From the sequence record MW057919.1: a stretch of DNA of 64,000 nucleotides. One strand, 5' to 3'. Both the position numbers and the translations under genes were made by a program. Positions 27,012 to 36,640 of the stretch are shown piece after piece. The first letter of the stretch is position 1, and each line of letters begins with the position of its first letter. Below the pieces are notes generated by a model. That model worked only from the letters and a program-made list of their open reading frames with translations. It did not search any database and was not told the origin of the DNA.

Positions 27012-27722
27012 ATGGGTGATTATGTATATTTAGAAACTCAAGCTAAAGTAAATAATGAATGGATTGGTATCGAAGATATTGAACTAACACAGAATTATGA
27101 TCTTTATGCATATCTACTTGATATTCGCAATTATTGGGATGTAAAACCATTTGCTTACCATAATGGTGTTCCTGATGATCTGAAAAAGAAACCAGAATGG
27201 TGGAGTAGTTATGATGATGATCCACGCTGTGATGCATGGATTAGTGGTGAAGCTATTCTAAAAGGTATGAGTGAGCTTAAACCAGTTACTAAAACAGTAT
27301 ATATGAGTCTATATACTTATATGTCCTGGGATCGTATGTCAGAACCAGATTGCTATTCACGGTATAGCCCACGTCTTGTAACAGATGAACCAAAAATTAA
27401 TAAAATCTCTCAAAAACAATTACAGTATTATAAGAATTTAACTGAAAGTTTTTATTCTCTAAACCTTAAAGCTAATTATGATTGGAAGGTTATCGACGGT
27501 CGGTTACAACGAGTCGGGCCTAAATGTGGTAAGAATCACCTACGTAATCTACGTCGAGTATCGCGTTATCTATCTTTCTGCAATGTTCCTAATGAACCTA
27601 TCAAAGTAACTTATACACTCACGGCTGATCAACAGCGAAAAGAATTTAAACCTTTTATTTATCAAGTCCGAAATGCCGTTCTTAAGTACGGTGATATCCG
27701 TCTTCTAATGAGGGTTAGATAA
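27012..27722 (+). CDS. Hypothetical protein, 236 aa
   Basis: NYDLYAYL.DIRN...PF...GVPDD pattern resembles a common phage family. Confidence 0.75.
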   Translation: MGDYVYLETQAKVNNEWIGIEDIELTQNYDLYAYLLDIRNYWDVKPFAYHNGVPDDLKKKPEWWSSYDDDPRCDAWISGEAILKGMSELKPVTKTVYMSLYTYMSWDRMSEPDCYSRYSPRLVTDEPKINKISQKQLQYYKNLTESFYSLNLKANYDWKVIDGRLQRVGPKCGKNHLRNLRRVSRYLSFCNVPNEPIKVTYTLTADQQRKEFKPFIYQVRNAVLKYGDIRLLMRVR

Positions 27723-28375
27723 TGGCAATGACAGCTATTGTCGGTAGTCGCTATGCCCCTACATGGGCCCTAGAATTGATGATACGCGCAGGAAGAACAT
27801 TTGTTGATCTAGGTATAGGTATTTCATCAGGCGATGCATATGGATCAGATAGAGCTGGTTGGTATGGTGCAATTCAGTCTGATAAATGGGATACAGTAGA
27901 AAGTCGTATTTACATTATTCGAAATGGATTTCTTGGAAGACGAATTGAGAATCTAGCGTGGTTTCATGATGCCTCCGTATATACTGATACCATTCCCACA
28001 GCTATGGCAATGGCCTGTGCAGCTCGGGGAAGTTTCAATGGTTTAGGTAGAACAGGTATTGAACTACATACTCGTAATGTATTTCAAATTCATGGCCATA
28101 CTTTACGTGAACCTGTTTCAACTATTATTGCATACGGTGAACAAAAGACACCAACCTCTGTAATTAGTGGTGGTACTAATACAGCGTGGCAGTTGGCATT
28201 AGATGCAAATGTGCCAACTATGTATAACCTATACTGGTCCGATGATGTAAAGAGACTAGAAGAATGGTTAAATAAAAATGAATCTGATGAGCCATATATG
28301 CCAATTGATTGGTCTGAAATCTTAGATCCTAGAGATAGCCGTCTACCTGAATTGATGGATGAATATAATAATTAA
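27722..28375 (+). CDS. SLOG-superfamily (DprA/Smf-like Rossmann) protein, 217 aa
   Basis: AIVGSR, SGDAYGSD, HTRNVFQIHG and SGGTNTA motifs. Confidence 0.7.
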   Translation: MAMTAIVGSRYAPTWALELMIRAGRTFVDLGIGISSGDAYGSDRAGWYGAIQSDKWDTVESRIYIIRNGFLGRRIENLAWFHDASVYTDTIPTAMAMACAARGSFNGLGRTGIELHTRNVFQIHGHTLREPVSTIIAYGEQKTPTSVISGGTNTAWQLALDANVPTMYNLYWSDDVKRLEEWLNKNESDEPYMPIDWSEILDPRDSRLPELMDEYNN

Positions 28376-28407
28376 TTTTCTCAAATGAATTAGTTATAAT
28401 AGCCAAA

Positions 28408-28437
28408 ATAAACCCTCCTCTTAGTAGGAGGGTTTAT
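28408..28437 (+). terminator. Terminator
   Basis: ATAAACCCTCCT-cttagt-AGGAGGGTTTAT. Confidence 0.75.
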
Positions 28438-28478
28438 ATCGTCTCAAATTAGATTATCAATTAGAAAAGGAACATCAA

Positions 28479-29579
28479 ATGAATTATCGTAATAGCAAAC
28501 TTACGTTAGTCCAGCAGAAGTGGATTGATCGTTTTATCTCCATTGCTATGGAGGTTGATAATGGCCGTGCAATTTCCAATGCATATCGCTATACTCTTAA
28601 TGAACAGGGAATTAGTTCAGATAGTGAAGATCTACGTATTCACTATCCTTTTGGAGTTGATAGAAAAGAATTCATCAAAGAACAAATTTACAAACTATGT
28701 GATGAAGTTATAAGCCCTTTAAATCTGAAAGCATTCAGAATTAGTGGTGGTTTTGCATTACTAGATGATGAAGGAATCATTGGTTTCCTAATGAATGGAA
28801 TGGAAGGTACCACTAGTCAGAACTTTAGATTATACTCCAATGAAGAACTGATCAAAGTATTTAAATTACGTTTTGAAGAAGTATTTGATCAGACTCGTCC
28901 ACCTAGTATTAAAAGAATTCGGGTTAACTATCAAAATAATGAACTATATAGCTTTAGTGAAGTTATTTCTGTTCGTAACTACAATCCAAATATGATGGAA
29001 ATGTATCCATTCCTAGATCGATCTCCAGCTGAAATCTGGACTGAATTCGCTGCATCTGAATCTAATGTTCTACTATTGATTGGTCCTCCTGGTACTGGTA
29101 AGTCTAATTATATCAATGAGATTATTCGGGCTCGTGGTTATAATGATCGTAATGTGTATCTAGCTGATCAAGATGATGTACTTGGCCACGCCGGTTTGAC
29201 TAATTTTATTCGTGGTGTTGAGGATAATTCACTCATTATTACAGAAGACTCTGATAAAATGGTGGCTAAACGTGTAGATGGTAATAGTAATATGTCAGGG
29301 CTATTAAATGCTACAGCTGGTCTAGTATCTACTAAGACCAAGATTATCATTTCTACTAATCTTCCGACTCTTCGTGATGTTGATGAAGCTTTAGTTCGAC
29401 CTGGCCGTGCTTTCGATATTCTTACCTTCAAAACACTTACTGCTGAACAAGCGAATGCAGCTCGTTTAGCTAATGGTCTAGATCCAGTTGAGTTTGTCGG
29501 TAATAATCTTACTTTAGCTGAAGCATTGAATACTAGTTCTTGCAGTAGCCCACGCAAAGCAAGTCGTGTAGGTTTCTAA
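28479..29579 (+). CDS. AAA+ ATPase, 366 aa
   Basis: Walker A GPPGTGKS, Walker B IITED, sensor STN, arginine finger ALVRPGR. Confidence 0.9.
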   Translation: MNYRNSKLTLVQQKWIDRFISIAMEVDNGRAISNAYRYTLNEQGISSDSEDLRIHYPFGVDRKEFIKEQIYKLCDEVISPLNLKAFRISGGFALLDDEGIIGFLMNGMEGTTSQNFRLYSNEELIKVFKLRFEEVFDQTRPPSIKRIRVNYQNNELYSFSEVISVRNYNPNMMEMYPFLDRSPAEIWTEFAASESNVLLLIGPPGTGKSNYINEIIRARGYNDRNVYLADQDDVLGHAGLTNFIRGVEDNSLIITEDSDKMVAKRVDGNSNMSGLLNATAGLVSTKTKIIISTNLPTLRDVDEALVRPGRAFDILTFKTLTAEQANAARLANGLDPVEFVGNNLTLAEALNTSSCSSPRKASRVGF

Positions 29580-29686
29580 GGAAAAGTAAGCTGCTTTTAA
29601 ACTAGCGAAGAAACATGAATTCCAACGTGTTATTTATAATCCTGATGACCTTAAAGTAAAGCATTATTTCACATACGGAGATCAGC

Positions 29687-30289
29687 ATGCAGCGCAATAA
29701 TGACCCGCAGCAAGTAATCATGTCGATTGAGATGTACAATAGCCTACTGGCTATGGCTAATGATTCACCTCATTACACGACAAAACTTATCCAACGTCAC
29801 GTGCGAAAGATGAATCCTTTTTTACAACCTGCACATCTAAAGAATGTCAGAACTAAGGAAGCTATTCGGTCCCAACGTATTCGTGAAGCTCGGGCTTTCT
29901 TCGAAGCCAATCATAGAAAAATTCTGTACGCAAAGGTTGATATGGGTAACTGTAAAAAAGGAGATGATCCGGTTTACTTCCCATGCATATCTGAACGTAT
30001 TGCCAAGAATAGACAACTAATCCAAGTTCGTCATGCCAATGAAGTTGGTTATGGACGGTGCATCCGGTTGGTAGAGGCTAAATATCTCACAACCATTATT
30101 CCTGATGGATATATCCAAGGAACTGGGCCGTATAAAAAATATCTTGTTAAAGAGAATGGTCCTTACGATATCCGTGAACAAGAAGAAAAACGTAAACAAG
30201 CTTTTTCGAGTGAGATAGCTAAGAAGTTTGAGTTCAAACATGATTCTTACGATATGGATAATCTCAAAAAGAATTATTATACACAATGA
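29687..30289 (+). CDS. Hypothetical basic protein, 200 aa (N-half paralogous to 54698..55081)
   Basis: GGAG RBS; manual alignment. Confidence 0.75.
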   Translation: MQRNNDPQQVIMSIEMYNSLLAMANDSPHYTTKLIQRHVRKMNPFLQPAHLKNVRTKEAIRSQRIREARAFFEANHRKILYAKVDMGNCKKGDDPVYFPCISERIAKNRQLIQVRHANEVGYGRCIRLVEAKYLTTIIPDGYIQGTGPYKKYLVKENGPYDIREQEEKRKQAFSSEIAKKFEFKHDSYDMDNLKKNYYTQ

Positions 30290-30416
30290 GATTAGTATAA
30301 ATGGACATTAGTTTATCTCCAGTATGAGTATTCCAACTTCTTAAATATTACTAAAGAGCAGACTATGAATATATCAGTGTTTGCTCTTTGGAGGTAATTA
30401 CTCTGGAGCATCTAAT

Positions 30417-30749
30417 ATGTGTGCAATTCCTGTAATACCTGTATCAAATGACATCACTGTTATTAAGCCAGGTGATACAGTTTGGTCAACAGGTGTTCTC
30501 GGTATGAAAGCATCCTGTGAGCATCCACCAGCGCTATTCTGTATACGGGGTGATGAACTTGAAGTTCTAGAAATTAGCCCTCCCACGGAATATGAGAAAA
30601 AAGCAATGTATAAGTGCCGCTTAAAAAGAGGCACTGGTCATTTCTGGATCTATCGTAGTGGGTTTACTAAAATAAAGCCATTTAATCACAATATGACTGG
30701 TTATGAGTTTTGGGATGGTGAGAAAATTAGAGAATATGGTGGGCATTAG
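30417..30749 (+). CDS. Hypothetical protein, about 110 aa
   Basis: GGAG RBS favours ATG 30417 over TTG 30381. Confidence 0.7.
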   Translation: MCAIPVIPVSNDITVIKPGDTVWSTGVLGMKASCEHPPALFCIRGDELEVLEISPPTEYEKKAMYKCRLKRGTGHFWIYRSGFTKIKPFNHNMTGYEFWDGEKIREYGGH

Positions 30750-30760
30750 AGTAAAAGAAA

Positions 30761-30886
30761 ATGGCTAGCGAAAATAATAAATCAGACATGCAACATGAAC
30801 AAGAAGAACCACCCATATTCAAAATGCTTTTTCTAAGTGCAGTTATAGGTGGATCATTATGGGAAATAATTAGACAGTGGTTTTAG
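30761..30886 (+). CDS. Small single-pass membrane peptide, 41 aa (not in track)
   Basis: MASENNKSDMQHEQEEPPIFKMLFLSAVIGGSLWEIIRQWF; ends inside hairpin AGACAGTGG/CCACTGTCT. Confidence 0.45.
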   Translation: MASENNKSDMQHEQEEPPIFKMLFLSAVIGGSLWEIIRQWF

Positions 30887-30920
30887 CCACTGTCTTTATA
30901 ATGTATTTTGAGTTATAAAA

Positions 30921-31269
30921 ATGTCCATAGAAAAAGCCTATTCCAATTTAATAGCTTCAATTAAAACAGTTAGAAAACATTTTCCTAAATTAATTCAAGA
31001 GAAGAATTTAGATGAGGAATTACGACGGGAGTTTACGACTCCTATTCAATTCGACCCGACTAAGAAATCGGGAAACTCCTTTTGATAACGAACAGTCAGA
31101 AATGGATAAGTTAAAACCAATCGATGACTTTTGGAAAACTAAAACAATTAAACCATCAGATGCTTATTTAGAAAGAAAGAATGAGCAACTAAAGATGATT
31201 AATCCGCATAAAGTTTATAATCCATTCAATGAAAAAGATACGGTATTAAAACCTATTTCTAAATTATAA
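30921..31269 (+). CDS. Gene split by a +1 frameshift at TCC-TTT-TGA (54-aa ORF plus +1-frame continuation, about 115 aa fused)
   Basis: ORF 30921-31085 ends in TTTTGA; the +1 frame is open to 31269; GAG RBS at 30921, no clear RBS at 31012. Confidence 0.5.
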
Positions 31270-31281
31270 AAAGGATTTACT

Positions 31282-31701
31282 ATGAAACAAGATCATCAAT
31301 TCTGGCATGATAAACCATTTTCAGAAAATGAAGTTAGGAAGAAACTTGGCGGATCGTCATTATCCAAACTAAGTACAGAACAGATTTTAGAAGAGTGGCG
31401 AACAGAACATATTGAACGTAATACTCCTTTAAGTAAAAGGCTATATGACATTCGTAATAAAGCCATCAATGATTACTCACTTACTGATAATCAACAAGTT
31501 AATAATTTGTTGCAATGTGCAGTGGATCAAGTCTTAGCAGATGTGATCATTATGTTAGATGGTTCAGTGCCACATAAGCAATTTCAAATTTCTGAATATG
31601 AAATTGAAATGGACAGTAAGGAATTATCGATTAAAGAACATACTCGTCCAATAACTGAAGATCTACTAAAAAATTATTTTGAATTGGTGAATGGCAAATG
31701 A
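31282..31701 (+). CDS. Hypothetical protein, 139 aa
   Basis: AAGGA RBS. Confidence 0.75.
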   Translation: MKQDHQFWHDKPFSENEVRKKLGGSSLSKLSTEQILEEWRTEHIERNTPLSKRLYDIRNKAINDYSLTDNQQVNNLLQCAVDQVLADVIIMLDGSVPHKQFQISEYEIEMDSKELSIKEHTRPITEDLLKNYFELVNGK

Positions 31702-32042
31702 CTGAACGTATTCATTACTCAGATCGTAAGTTACCGCTGTGTTTTAAAGGTGTTTATGACATTCCAGTTGTAACCATCGAAAACTATTGTAAGTGGTATG
31801 GTCTTAATATTGTCTATCCAGATGGGCGTGTTGAATGGGTTGACACTGATTTACTTGCTGAAATAGAACGGGAAAGCAAGTTCGCAGTAATGGGTGATCA
31901 CAACTATCATCCAATTCTGCTGGACAAAGTAGCTGAGAAGATTGGCGGGGCGGCATGTGATGTTGCACGTGAGTTGATGACTGGCCGTTGGGTACTAGAG
32001 GTTATGGACGGTGAAATCCCTGGTCAAGAAAAATTCTGTTAA
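31698..32042 (+). CDS. Hypothetical protein, 114 aa
   Basis: ATGA overlap with upstream stop. Confidence 0.75.
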   Translation: MTERIHYSDRKLPLCFKGVYDIPVVTIENYCKWYGLNIVYPDGRVEWVDTDLLAEIERESKFAVMGDHNYHPILLDKVAEKIGGAACDVARELMTGRWVLEVMDGEIPGQEKFC

Positions 32043-32055
32043 ATGGATGATTAAA

Positions 32056-32595
32056 ATGGGTATTGATGTTTTCCCTGTAGTTACCAAACGTTCCACACGT
32101 TCTTCAGATGGTGCACGTGTACTTAAATTCATTGACATGCATACATGCGAGGCTCTTAACTTTAGCCGTTGCTATTATCTTTGGGATTGGTTAACCGATA
32201 ATAATGAGTATACCAACCGATTCTGTCGACCGACTCTTAAAGGCTGTGGATTTGGTACACTCGTCAGTGATGACTCGCATCCAGTATGGAACAACTTTGA
32301 AGGTCGCCTTTCACAAATTGTCAATTCCAAACAGGACAATCTAACACCGTACGCCTATTATAGTGAAGATGGTTGGTACCCACTTACAATGATCTTCAAT
32401 ATGGAAGACCTCTGGAACTTCGATTATGATCAGAAGCCAACGATGTTCGATCAAGATGTTAATGGTGAAGTCATTTCGGAAAAAACCTATCGCCAGCTAT
32501 TTTTGAGCAATGGTGTGGATGATGGTTATTTCAAGTTCCTGGAAGAAACTAAAAAGATGGAGTGTGTTCACTTCATCGCCCGATTCTGGGGATGA
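32056..32595 (+). CDS. Hypothetical protein, about 179 aa
   Basis: ATG 32056 (MGIDVF) with GGA upstream; track ORF starts at GTG 32011. Confidence 0.7.
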   Translation: MGIDVFPVVTKRSTRSSDGARVLKFIDMHTCEALNFSRCYYLWDWLTDNNEYTNRFCRPTLKGCGFGTLVSDDSHPVWNNFEGRLSQIVNSKQDNLTPYAYYSEDGWYPLTMIFNMEDLWNFDYDQKPTMFDQDVNGEVISEKTYRQLFLSNGVDDGYFKFLEETKKMECVHFIARFWG

Positions 32596-32618
32596 TTACT
32601 TAACAGGAAAAGTTAAAA

Positions 32619-33188
32619 ATGGCTATTCTATCTGATAAAACAATCACTGACTTATCTAAAGGTCGTGAACCAATGATTACGGATTTCATTGGTCACCAGG
32701 TCCGTGAAAAAGATGGTAAAAAGATTATTAGTTATGGGCTTAGTTCATATGGGTACGATGTAAGGCTAGCCCGTAATTTTAAGATCTTTTCTAATGTAAC
32801 AAGTGCAGTTATTGACCCATTAGACCCTAGTGATGGATTCTTAGTAGATTGGACTGGTGATTATTGTATTATTCCACCTAACAGTTATATTCTTGGTCAT
32901 ACTGTAGAATCGTTTAATATTCCAGATGATGTCCTAGCTATTTGCACAGGTAAATCAACCTATGCACGACTAGGTGCAATTGTTAATGTCACTCCTATTG
33001 AACCAGGTTTCAAAGGACAAGTCGTTATTGAGATTGCAAACTGCACTACACTACCTCTAAAAATTTATGCTGATATGGGTATTGCTCAGTTTATGTTCTT
33101 TAGAGGTGATGCCCCATGTGAAGTTAGTTATGCAAAACGTAATGGTAAATATCAAAATCAAATTGGTATCACAACAGCGAGACTTTAA
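32619..33188 (+). CDS. dcd: dCTP deaminase, 189 aa
   Basis: SYGLSSYGYDVRL, GKSTYARLG, TPIEPGFKG, IAQFMF, KYQNQ motifs. Confidence 0.93.
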   Translation: MAILSDKTITDLSKGREPMITDFIGHQVREKDGKKIISYGLSSYGYDVRLARNFKIFSNVTSAVIDPLDPSDGFLVDWTGDYCIIPPNSYILGHTVESFNIPDDVLAICTGKSTYARLGAIVNVTPIEPGFKGQVVIEIANCTTLPLKIYADMGIAQFMFFRGDAPCEVSYAKRNGKYQNQIGITTARL

Positions 33189-33190
33189 TA

Positions 33191-33427
33191 ATGCTTAGTC
33201 CTAACCAAGAAAAGTTTGTCAGTCGGCTAACTGAAATTACAAAGGCATCTGATTCAGAACTTTGTGCAGTTAATGATACAATCTCATTTGATATTTCAAC
33301 TGATAACATGCATGCTGAATTCTTTAATTTGGTTGCTGAACTGCATTTTAAGATTGTTCATATGTTTCCAATTAACCAATATAACACTCGTTATCGGGTT
33401 GTTATTCATGAACCATTCTATCTATGA
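33191..33427 (+). CDS. Hypothetical protein, 78 aa
   Basis: Coupled to dcd stop. Confidence 0.65.
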   Translation: MLSPNQEKFVSRLTEITKASDSELCAVNDTISFDISTDNMHAEFFNLVAELHFKIVHMFPINQYNTRYRVVIHEPFYL

Positions 33428-33450
33428 TTGACCAACATAGTGGTTTATAC

Positions 33451-33486
33451 ATTCAAAGCATTTTAAACAGTATATCACAAATGTGA
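33451..33486 (+). promoter_or_regulatory. Early promoter variant (TATATCAC)
   Basis: ATTCAAAGCATTTTAAACAG-TATATCAC-AAATGTGA, near-identical to 59105-59140. Confidence 0.7.
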
Positions 33487-33517
33487 TATAATCAACATAT
33501 ATAGGAGATTCTAATAC

Positions 33518-33994
33518 ATGTCACGCAATACTATTTCTTCCTGGAGTGAACTTGGTTCAATGCTGGGTGTACAGCCGAAGCCGGTTCAGAAGAAACAGAA
33601 AAATCGAGCTAAAAAGAATCATGAAGCTGCGGTTCGTAAAAATTCTAGGGAAACCTTTATGGACATTGCTGCAAAACAAACTAAATCAAGTCCTAACTTC
33701 CGTAAGAACAAACAAAAAGATGTTCGTCATTGCAGTGTATGTGATAATATTAAACTAAAAGAAAATGGTATCGAAGAAGGGCGGGCCAAACCAATTGGTA
33801 TGACCGAATTAGCTAAGTTCAAAGTTGAGCTAGCAAAAAATGGTCTTGAGCTATTCGGTTGTGAAGTACGTAAGCAAGAATCTTTTGCAGATGCATTTTA
33901 TGGTAATAATACCATTTGTGAAGAAACTGCAAAGCTGATTAAAGCATACCAGGAAGAGTTTGATTCAGTCTTCCGCCGCGCTATTACTGCCTAA
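33518..33994 (+). CDS. Basic early protein, 158 aa
   Basis: AGGAG RBS; Lys/Arg-rich N-half; CxxC. Confidence 0.8.
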   Translation: MSRNTISSWSELGSMLGVQPKPVQKKQKNRAKKNHEAAVRKNSRETFMDIAAKQTKSSPNFRKNKQKDVRHCSVCDNIKLKENGIEEGRAKPIGMTELAKFKVELAKNGLELFGCEVRKQESFADAFYGNNTICEETAKLIKAYQEEFDSVFRRAITA

Positions 33995-34000
33995 CGATAT

Positions 34001-34020
34001 AGGGGACCTTCTGGTCCCCT
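34001..34020 (+). terminator. Terminator
   Basis: AGGGGACC-ttct-GGTCCCCT. Confidence 0.7.
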
Positions 34021-34051
34021 TAGTCATTATTATTTTTTTTGGATTTTAGCT

Positions 34052-34243
34052 ATGGATGATATTGAAAAGAAAATAGCCAAAATGGAAGCTCTATTTAGGT
34101 ACCATGGTATTACCGTTGATATTAACCATAAGTTGAAACCTAATGCTAAGACAAAATTAACTCGTGCGGAAATTAACCGATTACAAATACAATATGATAA
34201 GCTTTTAGCTGAACGCGAAGAAGCTTTAAAAGCAATTCCTTAA
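34052..34243 (+). CDS. Hypothetical protein, 63 aa
   Basis: GGA RBS. Confidence 0.65.
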   Translation: MDDIEKKIAKMEALFRYHGITVDINHKLKPNAKTKLTRAEINRLQIQYDKLLAEREEALKAIP

Positions 34244-34262
34244 ATTATTGAGGATTTATAAA

Positions 34263-34478
34263 ATGTTCAAGCGCGTTATGAGATATATTCGTGTTTTGAA
34301 ATTAATTGTTATTTTCTATGTTAGGCGACAACTGGGTTTACACGATTATTGTACACGAAAAAATACAATTGCATTAGATCGTGAAAATAATAAACGTGTT
34401 CAAATAAATGCTATTTCTCGTAAAGTCGAAGAAGCATTATTTAAAGTTGAACTAGCTGCGATAATGAGTAAGCGGTAA
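34263..34478 (+). CDS. Hypothetical basic protein, about 71 aa
   Basis: GAGG RBS before ATG 34263. Confidence 0.65.
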   Translation: MFKRVMRYIRVLKLIVIFYVRRQLGLHDYCTRKNTIALDRENNKRVQINAISRKVEEALFKVELAAIMSKR

Positions 34479-34490
34479 TGTTGTCATAAA

Positions 34491-34535
34491 GCCCTCCCTT
34501 CGGGGAGGGCTATTGCACTAAATTTTATTTGAGAT
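34491..34535 (+). repeat. 45-bp terminator + promoter-upstream repeat, copy 1 (promoter core degenerate TACATTAT at 34537)
   Basis: Identical to 49656-49700. Confidence 0.9.
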
Positions 34536-34588
34536 CTACATTATAGATTAGCATATACTAATGGAAACATCTACATGAGGTAATTATC

Positions 34589-34888
34589 GTGAACGAAGCT
34601 ATTATTTCACTGGACCGCAGAGGAGCCCATCATTTAGGATCTCGCGGTTATCCAATTAGATCAATTGGAGATGTTACAGTATTTGATTTGAATCATAATC
34701 AACTATATCCCAAAATCCATTCTCTTAAAGATCAAAATCATGATGGATGGCACTCCATTAGTGTTGATGATGAAAATGGAGTAACAGCATATACGTTTGT
34801 TTTGAATATGGATCTTAATCTAGGATGGCTAAGACCTAAGCAGCCTAATGTTGGTGGTGGATATATCAAAATCAAATTTGAACAATAA
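34589..34888 (+). CDS. Hypothetical protein, 99 aa
   Basis: GAGGT RBS, GTG start. Confidence 0.7.
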   Translation: MNEAIISLDRRGAHHLGSRGYPIRSIGDVTVFDLNHNQLYPKIHSLKDQNHDGWHSISVDDENGVTAYTFVLNMDLNLGWLRPKQPNVGGGYIKIKFEQ

Positions 34889-34937
34889 GCGGTGTGTACA
34901 CCGCTTTTATTCCGTGTTTATACTCAAAAGGTAATTT

Positions 34938-36071
34938 ATGATTATGTTTAAGTACTTAAAAAATGTTATTGATATTTTTAACAAACCAAAAAAGGTAGAT
35001 ACATTAGAACAAAAGATAGCTAATCTAAATGATAAATACATCAGAGAAAATGTAGATGTTGATCAAATTGATATTCTGTCAGGTTATTTCACAGGAATGC
35101 TATCTGGGAAATTACATGATCGAAGTTTAGTATGGGGTTATTATACCAAAGAAACTAAGACATGGATGATTTATTTTGTTGAACAAAATTTTGATTCATT
35201 CATGTATAAAGTAACTAATAATTCATTAGATATTATTAATCTAACTGATATAGAAGATCTTAAATTATTCTATTTCTCTAATGAACAATACATACCTGTA
35301 AATACACCAATCAATAGTGATCTAAATGTGGCTGTAATTTTCACATCAAAACCACTCACTAAGGATTTCATTGATCCATCCTTAATAGATCAAGTTAAAT
35401 CAGTTAATAGTAATTACAAGATTGTGATGGGTGGGTTATCTAATAATTCCAAATTTGATAGTAACCCAATAACTCTAATTGTAGAGTCTTATGAAGCAGA
35501 TGGTGATATCGTCGTAGTTGAACTAACTAATGGTACAACTGTGGCCATCAATAGAAAACTACTTAATATGTTTATGTATCAGTCAAGAATAGTTGATACA
35601 TGTAATAACTCAAAAGTGCTTATAGATTTCAATGGACGGCTAAAGTTCACACCTATGGAGAATCATTTAGGTGGTATAAATAGTGCAATGCATTATTGGT
35701 CAAGTAATGGAATTATCAAAATTAGGTGTGACTATAGTATCATATTAGATCTAGATAAGTTTCCAGAGATTGCTAATCATATTGGAAACTGGATACATAT
35801 TGAAGCTAAGACAATTGCAAAAGTAATTGACTCGGTTGTAGTACCATACTTAACAAATGGGGAGCTTAGTACGCTCATTGTTGATTTAGATAATATCGAT
35901 ATTCAGTATCGTGGTTTAACATTATCTGGTAATATCAGCTTGCGTGATCGTTTAGATAAATGCAAAATCAAACTGATAAATCCATCAACTGATCCATATG
36001 AGATACCTAGTCTAAATGGTAAACGTGATGTCCATGGTTTTTATAGAGTAGATGGAAGTTTATTAAAATGA
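34938..36071 (+). CDS. Hypothetical protein, 377 aa
   Basis: Long ORF, AAGGT RBS. Confidence 0.8.
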   Translation: MIMFKYLKNVIDIFNKPKKVDTLEQKIANLNDKYIRENVDVDQIDILSGYFTGMLSGKLHDRSLVWGYYTKETKTWMIYFVEQNFDSFMYKVTNNSLDIINLTDIEDLKLFYFSNEQYIPVNTPINSDLNVAVIFTSKPLTKDFIDPSLIDQVKSVNSNYKIVMGGLSNNSKFDSNPITLIVESYEADGDIVVVELTNGTTVAINRKLLNMFMYQSRIVDTCNNSKVLIDFNGRLKFTPMENHLGGINSAMHYWSSNGIIKIRCDYSIILDLDKFPEIANHIGNWIHIEAKTIAKVIDSVVVPYLTNGELSTLIVDLDNIDIQYRGLTLSGNISLRDRLDKCKIKLINPSTDPYEIPSLNGKRDVHGFYRVDGSLLK

Positions 36072-36538
36072 TTAAATTAGTGATTAGTCTTTTTTATAAA
36101 ATAGTTAATGAAAAGATGTCTCCCACATATAAGAAATTAGTTACATTAGATAGAAATGGATACATTTTCAATAATAAACAAGATCTGTATTCGATTAATC
36201 TTTCACTCTATCTTGAACTCATTCATTCAGTGACGAATGACTATATTGTTCAAGAAATTATAATGTGTCTAAGTTCTAAGCCACAAGCAGTGAAAGAACT
36301 ATTCCTTGAAGACCTAAGTACTAATAATCAACTACATTATTCATTGTTAGCTTGTAAAATAATGAATGAGAGGAAAATCATTAATAAGAATATTAATAAA
36401 GCGTGTGCTAAAAATATGGCTACTTTTTTAAAGGGTTATTTCCCAAGAGACTACTTCACTTGGTATAGTTGTCTCTATTTAGCCCTATCGGCTAAAAATA
36501 AAGCTGAGAATAACAAAGTATCTGTTATTAATGAGTAA
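36068..36538 (+). CDS. Hypothetical protein, 156 aa
   Basis: ATGA overlap. Confidence 0.7.
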   Translation: MIKLVISLFYKIVNEKMSPTYKKLVTLDRNGYIFNNKQDLYSINLSLYLELIHSVTNDYIVQEIIMCLSSKPQAVKELFLEDLSTNNQLHYSLLACKIMNERKIINKNINKACAKNMATFLKGYFPRDYFTWYSCLYLALSAKNKAENNKVSVINE

Positions 36539-36640
36539 ATACAATACTATGTAGTAGTATTTCTATTACGTACCTTTCGAGGCATATACTCCATGACTTA
36601 TGTTGTGGGGTATATGTGTTATAATGTTTAAGAGGTTAAA

